63,210 nt of DNA from Candidatus Moraniibacteriota bacterium (GTDB lineage: Bacteria; Patescibacteriota; Minisyncoccia; Moranbacterales; GCA-2747515): contig JAGLWU010000020.1 of NCBI GenBank assembly GCA_023133275.1, positions 1-63,210 on the forward strand, given 5' to 3'. The notes beneath the pieces are model-generated. The model was not told the origin of the DNA, did not search any database, and saw nothing but the letters and a program-made list of their open reading frames with translations. Each line of letters opens with the position of its first letter. Positions within the stretch are counted from its first letter, which is position 1. A program made the position numbers and the translations under genes. This document shows positions 55,101-62,962 of this stretch, in pieces.

Positions 55101-56162
55101 TTAAAAATTACTACAATCCAATGAAAAATCACCTTCAGTATTATTTTTTATAACATTGTCTTTATGCTTAATGACAGATGAAAAAAAAGGACGAACTTTT
55201 TTTGGAGGACTTTTATGTCTGGCACAGCGAATACCAAATCTTTCATTATTTTTAATGGAATTATTTTTAATAGTAATTTCTCCAATTCCTTCAGCAGTTA
55301 GCAAAGCAATTCCACTTCTTAAATTATTTTCAATTTTGTTGTTTTCTATAATTAAAATATTATCTTCGATTTCTGACTCTACACCACTTTCACCATTACT
55401 TATAATTTCGTTATTTTTTATTTTTGCGTACATGTGCGGATGAAAGTCGATACCTTCTTCGCCATTATTAATTATTTTTGAATTTTCAATTTCAATATGA
55501 CCATCTTTTAGATATAGACCTTGTTTCCTGCTACTTTGAATAATAGAATGACTGATTCTAACTAGGGGTAATTTTTCTAATTCTTTTTTTGTTTTATTTA
55601 AAATGACTTCTTTGGCAATTTCGTTTTCGTAATATTCTCGATTTTCGGTAGCTTCCATTTTTAATCCATATTTTGAGCAATTGGAAATATTTGTATTTAT
55701 TATTTTTGTGGCGGTGTTAAATGGTATATAAATCCCGATGTGTCCATTGTTGATATTTAAATTTATTAAATTTGTATTATTGGAAACGGTGATGGTGTTG
55801 CTTATTTCTATGTTTGGATTATTGATGTTAACTTTTTTTTCTTTATTTATCTCTCCGATTAAAGTAGTATTTTTAGGAATAATTAAAACCTCCTGATATT
55901 CTCCATTTGAAATTATAATTGTCCAATTTTTTTCTAAAGATTTCTCGTTTCTTTTATTGAGAGCTTCTTGTATAGTTTGAAAAGGATAATTAATTGAACC
56001 TGTTTTTAATTCGTTATTTTTATTTTGATCGACGAATATTGTTTGAGCGATATTTTTTTCTAAATCGTTTGGGTATTTTTTTTCTAAGTAATTTTTTGTA
56101 GGGAAGAATGCTATTATTCCTAATATTATATATAGTATTATTCTAATGAAAGATGTTTTCAT
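55101..56162 (-). CDS. secreted right-handed beta-helix repeat protein (pectin-lyase fold / NosD-like)
   Basis: N-terminal signal/TM. Repeated I.NN.I.NN...GI units, for example IENNKIENNLRSGIAL and IKNNSIKNNERFGIRC. Confidence 0.65.
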   Translation of the reverse strand: MKTSFIRIILYIILGIIAFFPTKNYLEKKYPNDLEKNIAQTIFVDQNKNNELKTGSINYPFQTIQEALNKRNEKSLEKNWTIIISNGEYQEVLIIPKNTTLIGEINKEKKVNINNPNIEISNTITVSNNTNLINLNINNGHIGIYIPFNTATKIINTNISNCSKYGLKMEATENREYYENEIAKEVILNKTKKELEKLPLVRISHSIIQSSRKQGLYLKDGHIEIENSKIINNGEEGIDFHPHMYAKIKNNEIISNGESGVESEIEDNILIIENNKIENNLRSGIALLTAEGIGEITIKNNSIKNNERFGIRCARHKSPPKKVRPFFSSVIKHKDNVIKNNTEGDFSLDCSNF

Positions 56163-56289
56163 GTTTTTGATTTTTAAGGTAAATTAGGTTTTTTTCTATT
56201 ACTTTTATTATATGATTAATTTGATGTTTTGTCTATTTATCAATTTTAAAATGTGTTAAGATAGACTTAAGATTAAAAATAATATTATT

Positions 56290-56916
56290 ATGAACAAAAA
56301 AACCAAAGCAGTAATTTTTGATTTTGACGGGGTAATTGCGGATACTTTTGAATTTCATCGAAAGCATTTTAAAAAATATTTAAATTTATCTTTATCAAAA
56401 AAAGAATATCAAAATTTACATAAAGGAAATGTTTTCGATGGTAAAGACTTGAATGACAAAGAAAAAATAATTAGTGAAAATTTAGTTAAATATTTTAAAT
56501 TTATTGAAAAAGATCATCATAACGTAAAATCTTTTAAGAGAATAAATGCTTTGTTGAAGATGTTAAATGAAAAATATAATCTTTTTATTATTACTTCAAG
56601 TAGCAAGGTAAATATTATAAATTTTTTGAAAAGAGAAAATGTGTTTGACTGTTTCACAGAAATTTTGGGAGTTGAATTTGATAAGTCTAAAGTTGTGAAA
56701 TTTAATTATATTCTTGAAAAATATAAATTGGAAAAGGATGATGTTTTGTTTGTGACTGATACTTCTGGGGATGTGTTTGAGGCGAATAAGGTTGGTGTTA
56801 AATCGATTGCGGTTACTTGGGGTTTTCATGATCGAGAAATTTTGGCGGAGAGTGAGCCGTTTGCTTATGCGGATGATGTGGAGAAGGTTTTGGAAATAGT
56901 TGAGAGTAATCTATAA
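56290..56916 (+). CDS. HAD-superfamily hydrolase
   Basis: AVIFDFDGVIADT (motif I), IITSS (motif II), FVTDTSGD (motif IV region). Confidence 0.8.
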   Translation: MNKKTKAVIFDFDGVIADTFEFHRKHFKKYLNLSLSKKEYQNLHKGNVFDGKDLNDKEKIISENLVKYFKFIEKDHHNVKSFKRINALLKMLNEKYNLFIITSSSKVNIINFLKRENVFDCFTEILGVEFDKSKVVKFNYILEKYKLEKDDVLFVTDTSGDVFEANKVGVKSIAVTWGFHDREILAESEPFAYADDVEKVLEIVESNL

Positions 56917-56927
56917 GGAATAATTTT

Positions 56928-57509
56928 ATGCAAGAAAATAATTCAGAAGAAAAAACAATTAAGAGACCTTGGCAGGCGAATGCTTGGGTTGGAATAATAG
57001 CTTTATTATTTTTTGTTACTAGTAGTAGATTTTTGTTTTGGGATATAAGGCTTAATGATGTTTATGAGCCTAGTATTAATTATTTTAGTCACTTTATTTC
57101 AGATGTAACTTTAGCATTTTCTTTGTTTGTTAATCCATTTTCTATTATTTTTCTATTTTTAAAAATGATTGATTATGGAAATGGTTCGGTTTTTATTTCT
57201 ATTTTCGTTTTGCTTTTTCTTTTTATTTTTTTAATGAAGGGACTTTTAAAAGGGATTAAAAGTTTTGTTTGGATAGTTATATTTATTTCGTTTATTAGAT
57301 TTTCTTTTTTAATTTATTTTTTATTTAAAGAGTATTCAGATTTTGAACATCTATATTATCTTTTCTATACTCCGTTATTATTTTCTTTATTGTTTGTTTT
57401 TTTGATACTTCTTTCATATCTTGAAATATCTTGTCTAAAACATCCATTTTACAATCAAAAAAAGTTGAACAGAAAAGTTAAAAAGCCCGTGCAGCGAGTA
57501 CTTTTTTGA
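56928..57509 (+). CDS. hypothetical polytopic membrane protein
   Basis: 193 aa with 5 hydrophobic helices. The last 9 codons (KKPVQRVLF) are encoded by a GC-box repeat. Confidence 0.45.
   Translation: MQENNSEEKTIKRPWQANAWVGIIALLFFVTSSRFLFWDIRLNDVYEPSINYFSHFISDVTLAFSLFVNPFSIIFLFLKMIDYGNGSVFISIFVLLFLFIFLMKGLLKGIKSFVWIVIFISFIRFSFLIYFLFKEYSDFEHLYYLFYTPLLFSLLFVFLILLSYLEISCLKHPFYNQKKLNRKVKKPVQRVLF
57484..57501 (+). repeat. GC-box repeat, 2 substitutions, inside the 3' end of an ORF
   Basis: AGCCCGTGCAGCGAGTAC followed by TTTTTTGA, which supplies the stop codon. Confidence 0.8.
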
Positions 57510-57597
57510 AGGATGTGTTTAAATAATGGTTGGAGATTGAAAATGTTTTTTAAGTTTTAGACTAATTGCAAGTTGCAGATTACTAATTACCAAAACA

Positions 57598-59217
57598 ATG
57601 ACTTTATTACAAAAATTAACTGATTGGCAAAAGGAACAGGCTCGGATTGAGAGTTTAGAAGGTTATATGGTTTTGCCGTTTAAATCTTTGCAGGAAATTT
57701 CTCGAACTTTACCTAAAAATAATACGGAACTTTTGGCGGTTAAAGGAGTTGGTCCAGTTAAAGTTAATAAATATGGAAAAACTATTTTAAATATTGTAGC
57801 GGGAAAGGATATTGGTATAAATAATTCTTTGAACAATATTCAGGAGTTGGCGGGAAATTCTTTTGATGATGCTGATGTGATTAATAATTTTTTGGGAACT
57901 GGTGGGAGCGATGAGGTTGAGAATAATTTTTTTTCGGGGAAAATTGATTTGAAAAATGAATCGGTTTTTAGGAATGAGAATGTTTTTGAAAATAATGTTG
58001 ATAATTTTAAAAATAAAATTGATCTAGAGACAGGGGAAATTTTAAGTTTTGAAAATGATGCACTTTCAGTAAGTGAAGCTTTGGATGTTTGTAATGCGTC
58101 TTTGATTCAGAATAGATTGCGAGTTCAGGGTGAAGTCATGAGAATTGATTTTCGTGAGCGAGTGATTTATTTTACTTTGAAAGATGGTGAAGATGAAAGT
58201 GTGGTGAGTTGTCTGATTTTTCGTAATAATTATGAGCTGAGTGGTGTTTCTTTGACGGAAGGGGTGGAGGTTATTGTGGAGGCGACGGCGGAAATTTATA
58301 AGTTGACAGGTCGTTTGAGTTTAAAAGCGAGTAGTGTTGAGCTGGCGGGAGAAGGTGCGTTGAAAAAAGCTTATGAAGATTTGAAGAAAAAAATGGATAG
58401 GGATGGTTTGTTTTCCTCAGAACGAAAGCGGGAGATTAAAAAGTTGCCACAGAGGATTGGTTTAATTACTTCTCGAGATGGGGCGGCGATTGGGGATTTT
58501 ACAACTAATTTGGGAAGTTATGGTTTTAAGATTATTTTTTGTCATTCAAGTGTCGAGGGACAAAAAGCGGTTGGTGAAATTTTGTCGGCGTTGAAAATTA
58601 TGAGTGAAAAGAATTTAGATTTATTGGTGATTGTGCGAGGTGGCGGGAGTTTGGAAAGTTTGCAGGCTTTTAATAATGAGAAAATTGTTAGGGCAGTGGC
58701 TGATTTTTCTGTTCCAATTATAGCGGGAATTGGTCATGAACAGGATGAGACTTTGACGACTTTGGTGGCGGATGGGGGTGTTTCGACTCCGACGGCAGCA
58801 GCTAGAATTGTTCGGGAAAGTTGGGATTTGGCGAAAGAAAATGTTGGTCAGCAGGAAAGTTTTTTGCTGGGTTCTTTTGAAAATATTTTGTTAGATGTTA
58901 AAAATAAGTTGAAAAATAGTTCGGAAATTATGATGGGTTTTTTTGATCAGGTTAATGATGATTTTGAAAATAAAGTGGGAAGTTTAAAAAATTGTTTTGA
59001 TAATTTAGGTTTTAAAATTAAGGAGATAAAAAATGGTATTAAATTTTCGGAAAAATTTTTGCAACAAAATGATCCTGAGAGGCAGTTAAAATTAGGTTAT
59101 TTAATTGTTCGGGATAAGAATGGTGAGATTTTGCGGAGCGTTAAGGGTGTTGGTGAGGGTGATGTGATTGAGTTGGAGTTGGGGGATGGTTCTGTGAATG
59201 CGGAAATTATTAAATAG
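57598..59217 (+). CDS. xseA: exodeoxyribonuclease VII large subunit with N-terminal HRDC-like extension
   Basis: OB fold (LRVQGEVMRIDFRERVIYFTLKDGEDESVVSCLIF), catalytic core (IGLITSRDGAAIGDF, VRGGGSLESL, IIAGIGHEQDETL). The N-terminal 70 aa (LEGYMVLPFKSLQEISRTLPKNNTELLAVKGVGPVKVNKYGKTIL) resemble a RecQ-type HRDC domain. Confidence 0.8.
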   Translation: MTLLQKLTDWQKEQARIESLEGYMVLPFKSLQEISRTLPKNNTELLAVKGVGPVKVNKYGKTILNIVAGKDIGINNSLNNIQELAGNSFDDADVINNFLGTGGSDEVENNFFSGKIDLKNESVFRNENVFENNVDNFKNKIDLETGEILSFENDALSVSEALDVCNASLIQNRLRVQGEVMRIDFRERVIYFTLKDGEDESVVSCLIFRNNYELSGVSLTEGVEVIVEATAEIYKLTGRLSLKASSVELAGEGALKKAYEDLKKKMDRDGLFSSERKREIKKLPQRIGLITSRDGAAIGDFTTNLGSYGFKIIFCHSSVEGQKAVGEILSALKIMSEKNLDLLVIVRGGGSLESLQAFNNEKIVRAVADFSVPIIAGIGHEQDETLTTLVADGGVSTPTAAARIVRESWDLAKENVGQQESFLLGSFENILLDVKNKLKNSSEIMMGFFDQVNDDFENKVGSLKNCFDNLGFKIKEIKNGIKFSEKFLQQNDPERQLKLGYLIVRDKNGEILRSVKGVGEGDVIELELGDGSVNAEIIK

Positions 59218-59370
59218 ATGGTTAGATTTGTAGAAATGTTGCATTGCAACGTTTTGGTGTAAAAGTTTTTAGTTTGTGATATTCTGAGATTCTGAATAAA
59301 TTTTTTAATTTTTTAGGATGACATGTTTTGGATTTTTGTGGAAATATAATTAATAATTTATTTTAAAAAT

Positions 59371-59583
59371 ATGAAAAAAGATAAGAAAAATTTGAGTGAG
59401 TCTTTGAAAGATCTTGACGAAATTGTGGATTGGTTTGAGGAGCGGGATGAGGTTGATGTTGAGGGTGGTTTGAAAAAAGTTAAAATTGGGGTTAAATTGG
59501 TTTCTGAAATTAAAAAACAATTGAAAGATGTGGAGAATGAATTTGAGGAGGCTAAGAAGGAATTGGGGGATGGTAATTTATAG
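59371..59583 (+). CDS. xseB: exodeoxyribonuclease VII small subunit
   Basis: 70 aa. LSESLKDLDEIVDWFE....VDVEGGLKKVKIGVKLVSEIKKQL fits the XseB helical hairpin pattern. The gene lies adjacent to xseA. Confidence 0.7.
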   Translation: MKKDKKNLSESLKDLDEIVDWFEERDEVDVEGGLKKVKIGVKLVSEIKKQLKDVENEFEEAKKELGDGNL

Positions 59584-59590
59584 TTTTATC

Positions 59591-59641
59591 TATAGTTAAA
59601 CACCAACTACAGATTCTTTTTTATTTAAGCTAAAAATAAGC
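59591..59641 (+). repeat. 51-bp direct repeat R1 upstream of the wHTH-PRT gene
   Basis: TATAGTTAAACACCAACTACAGATTCTTTTTTATTTAAGCTAAAAATAAGC. Confidence 0.8.
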
Positions 59642-59661
59642 ATTTTAAGTCATTTTTTATA

Positions 59662-59712
59662 TATAGTTAAACACTAACTGTAGATTTCCCTTTGGTTAAG
59701 CTAAAAATAAGC
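59662..59712 (+). repeat. 51-bp direct repeat R2
   Basis: TATAGTTAAACACTAACTGTAGATTTCCCTTTGGTTAAGCTAAAAATAAGC, starting 71 bp after the start of R1. Confidence 0.8.
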
Positions 59713-59714
59713 TC

Positions 59715-59743
59715 TTTACAATATATTTTATCCATAGTATAAT
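59715..59743 (+). promoter_or_regulatory. promoter TTTACA-17-TATAAT, positioned for a leaderless or near-leaderless mRNA
   Basis: TTTACA at 59715-59720 and TATAAT at 59738-59743. The ATG is at 59751, only 7 nt after the -10 box, and there is no Shine-Dalgarno. Confidence 0.45.
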
Positions 59744-59750
59744 ACAAACT

Positions 59751-60908
59751 ATGAATAAAGAAATATCTAAAATTATTTTTGAAACTTTAATACAAGAGGG
59801 TGTTTTTTTTATTTCTCAAATTGATGAAAAAAGTACTTTTTCTAAAGAAACTATTAGAAAAACTATTAATGAACTTATTGATAATGCAATTTTAGAAAGA
59901 TTAAATTCAAGGGGTTCAAATGTTAGGTATAGACTTAGAATTGATGCTAGGGCTGTTTTTCTAATTTTTGATTATAAAGAAAATTTTTATATAGAAGATT
60001 TTGCTAGAGTTTGGGGGGTAAGCATTAATACTGCTAAAAAGTATATTAAAAAATTTGTTTATGATTTTGTTGAAAAAATTGGAAAGCCTCCGCAGAAAAT
60101 AATATATGTAAAAGCTAAGTCTGAAATTATTTCTTTTTCAGATCCAGAGGCTATTGAAAAAAATTATGCCTACACAACTCCTGACGGACAATTACTGAGA
60201 GGCACTCAAGGTTTTATTTTTTGGGCGAAAAATAGATCTGGCAGAAAAGATATAGAGAAATTGGCTGAAGAATATGTTGAGTTGAGAGAAAAATATTATG
60301 GTAAAAATAATAAAGTTTTATTGATTGATTCTACAGATAAATTAAAAAATGTTTTTGGTGAAGATGTTTATCTTGAAAAATTATTTCATAAAGATTTTGA
60401 TGCTTTGCCGATTTTTGGTAAAACTTATTTGAGTCAGTTAGTTAGAATAGCAAAATCTGGTCGTACAAATAAGGAATTAATGTTAAACATTGTGAATAAA
60501 ATTCAAAATAGTGCTAGTGAAATTATTGATAAATATAATATTGATTGCATTGGTTTTATTCCGCCAACAGTGGCTCGTAAGACACAGTTAATGAAATTTA
60601 TTTCTGAATATTTAAAATATTCTTGCAAGGAGTTGAGGATTTCTAAAATTAAAAGTTTGGTTGCGGTTCAGCAAAAAAGTTTACGTAAAATTGAGGATAG
60701 AATTTTAAATGCTAAAAAAACTATTGAAGTTAAAAGTAATTTTAAGTGTAAAAATGTTTTGTTGATTGATGATGTTACTGGTTCTGGGGCGACTTTAAAT
60801 GAAACGGCTAAGAAAATTATTGATCAAGGGATTGGTAAAAAGGTTTATGGTTTTACGATTACGGGAAGTGCGAAGGCAGGGGTTTTTGATATTATTTCCG
60901 AGGCTTAG
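59751..60908 (+). CDS. winged-helix + ComF-like phosphoribosyltransferase-domain protein
   Basis: C-terminal PRPP-binding loop VLLIDDVTGSGATLNETAKKI...KVYGFTITGS. N-terminal ISQIDEKSTFSKETIRKTINELIDNAILERL looks like a wHTH. There is no ComFC-type zinc finger. Confidence 0.6.
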   Translation: MNKEISKIIFETLIQEGVFFISQIDEKSTFSKETIRKTINELIDNAILERLNSRGSNVRYRLRIDARAVFLIFDYKENFYIEDFARVWGVSINTAKKYIKKFVYDFVEKIGKPPQKIIYVKAKSEIISFSDPEAIEKNYAYTTPDGQLLRGTQGFIFWAKNRSGRKDIEKLAEEYVELREKYYGKNNKVLLIDSTDKLKNVFGEDVYLEKLFHKDFDALPIFGKTYLSQLVRIAKSGRTNKELMLNIVNKIQNSASEIIDKYNIDCIGFIPPTVARKTQLMKFISEYLKYSCKELRISKIKSLVAVQQKSLRKIEDRILNAKKTIEVKSNFKCKNVLLIDDVTGSGATLNETAKKIIDQGIGKKVYGFTITGSAKAGVFDIISEA

Positions 60909-60923
60909 TTTGTAAGCACTGTT

Positions 60924-60945
60924 AGATTCAGTAGCGTTGTTTACA
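60924..60945 (+). repeat. left arm of an inverted repeat (AGATTCAGTAGCGTTGTTTACA)
   Basis: Its 13-nt core AGCGTTGTTTACA is the exact reverse complement of TGTAAACAACGCT at 61122-61134. Confidence 0.75.
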
Positions 60946-61121
60946 TTTTTACTTTTAAATTGATTTATTTAAAATTACCTATCTAGTATTGAATTTTCTT
61001 TATAAAATTCAAATAGGTCTATTTTCTAAGCACTAGACACAAATTTAGATAGTTCTATAAAACACATTTGATTTTATAATAATTTTGACTAAATTAACTA
61101 ATTTAAAATTATGAATAAAAG

Positions 61122-61143
61122 TGTAAACAACGCTGTAGATTCT
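61122..61143 (-). repeat. right arm of the inverted repeat (TGTAAACAACGCTGTAGATTCT)
   Basis: See the left arm. The arms are about 177 bp apart. They share TAAACA...CT.(C/T)AGATT with R1 and R2. Confidence 0.75.
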
Positions 61144-61208
61144 TACAACTTATGTTATAATAAAAATATCAAATAGAAAGAAACAAAACAAAAAACAAAT
61201 TTAAAAAA

Positions 61209-62912
61209 ATGAATAAAACTTTTAAAGAAGATTTTACTATTGTAGTTGCGGGACAAGCCGGGCAAGGAATTCAGACGGTAGCTAAAATACTTTCTCATAT
61301 TTTAAAACTTTCAGGTTATCATGTTTTTGTGACGCAAGAATACATGTCTCGTGTGCGTGGTGGAATAAATTCAACTACGATTCGAGTTTCAAATCAGCGA
61401 CGGAACGCTCAGCTTTCCAAAGTCGATCTTTTTATTTCTCTCGATTCGACAGCGTGTCATCATTGTCAGCAAAGATTTTCTTCTGAGACTTTATTTTTAG
61501 GTGAGAAAAATTTGACTAATGAAAAACAGGAATTTCTGCAAATAAATTTTAATGAAATTGCTAATCGAGTAGGGAATCGACTTTTTGCAAATACGGTAGC
61601 GATTGGTTCTATTTTAGGCTTGATGGGTGTGAATGAATCAACAGCTAAAAATTATGTAAAAGATTATTTTTCTAAAAAAGGAAAGGATATCGTAGATAAT
61701 AATCTGGAGGCTTTTCAAATTGGTTATAAGAATGGGAATCATTTGGCTTTTTCGAATGATATTAACTTTGAATTTAAGGAAAATCAGGAGGTTAAAGATG
61801 ATGTTTTTCTTTCAGGTGCGGAAATTATTGGACTAGGTGCGTTGGCGGGCGGATGTAATTTTTGTTCATCTTATCCAATGTCACCTTCGACTAATGTTTT
61901 AAATTTTTTAGCAAAGCATGGAAAAGAAAATGGTGTGATTGTTGATCAGGCGATGGATGAAATTGAAGCGGTGAATATGGTTTTGGGTGTTTGGTATGCT
62001 GGTGGGCGTGGTTTGGTGAATACGGCGGGTGGTGGTTTTGCTTTGATGTGTGAAACGATTTCTTTGGCGGGAATGATTGAGATGCCGTTGGTTGTGCATG
62101 TGGCGGGTCGTCCTGGTCCAGCGACTGGATTACCAACTCGGACAGCACAGGAGGATTTAAATTTGGTTTTATACGCTGGTCATGGTGAATTTATGCGAGC
62201 TATTTTTGCACCTGGGACGGCGATGCAAGGTTATGAATTGATGGTAAAAGCGTTTGATGTGGCGGATAATTTTCAGGTTCCAGTTTTTGTTTTAACTGAT
62301 CAACATTTTATTGATTCTCTATTTTGTATTGAGCGAAAGGATTTTGCGGTACGGTTGAGTGATAATAACATTGTGAAAACGGAGGAAAATTACAAGCGTT
62401 ATGAATTGACTGAGTCGGGAATTAGTAAGCGAGGTGTTCCGGGTTGGGGCGAAGGTTTAGTTTGCGTGGACGGGGATGAGCATGATGAGGATGGGCGGAT
62501 TACTGAGGACATGCAGTTTTTGAGAAAAGAGATGATGGACAAGAGATTTTTTAAGCGAAAGGAATTATTGGAAGAAGTGGCTTTGGTTCCGACGACGGAA
62601 AATTTTAAAGAAAGTGAAAAGGTGATTGTTTGTTGGGGTTCTAATTTTAATGTGGTGAAAGAAGCGATTGAGAGATCGGGTAGGGATGACTTGGGGTTTG
62701 TGCATTTTTCTCAGCTTTTTCCTTTTCATAAAAAGACGAAGGAGATGTTTTCTAGGGATAGGGAATTTGTTATGGTGGAGAATAATGCTTCGGGTCAGAT
62801 GGCGGATTTGATTGAGAAGGAATTGAAAGTTAGGATTGAGAAAAGGATTTTGAAGTTTAATGGTGAGCCGTTTTGTGTGGAGGAATTGGTGGAGGGGTTT
62901 TTGGAATTGTAG
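61209..62912 (+). CDS. korA: 2-oxoacid:ferredoxin oxidoreductase, fused gamma/alpha subunit
   Basis: N-terminal gamma-type domain (VVAGQAGQGIQT..., YMSRVRGG) followed by the alpha-subunit core (SYPMSPST, DEIEAVNMVLG, GGGFALM, GRPGPATGLPTRTAQEDL). Confidence 0.8.
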   Translation: MNKTFKEDFTIVVAGQAGQGIQTVAKILSHILKLSGYHVFVTQEYMSRVRGGINSTTIRVSNQRRNAQLSKVDLFISLDSTACHHCQQRFSSETLFLGEKNLTNEKQEFLQINFNEIANRVGNRLFANTVAIGSILGLMGVNESTAKNYVKDYFSKKGKDIVDNNLEAFQIGYKNGNHLAFSNDINFEFKENQEVKDDVFLSGAEIIGLGALAGGCNFCSSYPMSPSTNVLNFLAKHGKENGVIVDQAMDEIEAVNMVLGVWYAGGRGLVNTAGGGFALMCETISLAGMIEMPLVVHVAGRPGPATGLPTRTAQEDLNLVLYAGHGEFMRAIFAPGTAMQGYELMVKAFDVADNFQVPVFVLTDQHFIDSLFCIERKDFAVRLSDNNIVKTEENYKRYELTESGISKRGVPGWGEGLVCVDGDEHDEDGRITEDMQFLRKEMMDKRFFKRKELLEEVALVPTTENFKESEKVIVCWGSNFNVVKEAIERSGRDDLGFVHFSQLFPFHKKTKEMFSRDREFVMVENNASGQMADLIEKELKVRIEKRILKFNGEPFCVEELVEGFLEL

Positions 62913-62962
62913 ATGATTAGACTTGTAGAGATGTTGATTGTTTACTTTTTAATTTATAAATT

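Noticed and set aside
4794-57501. Reading the recurring intergenic repeats as a CRISPR array
   Set aside because: The copies are dispersed kilobases apart at gene boundaries and occur in both orientations. They lack regular repeat-spacer periodicity, and no cas genes are present.
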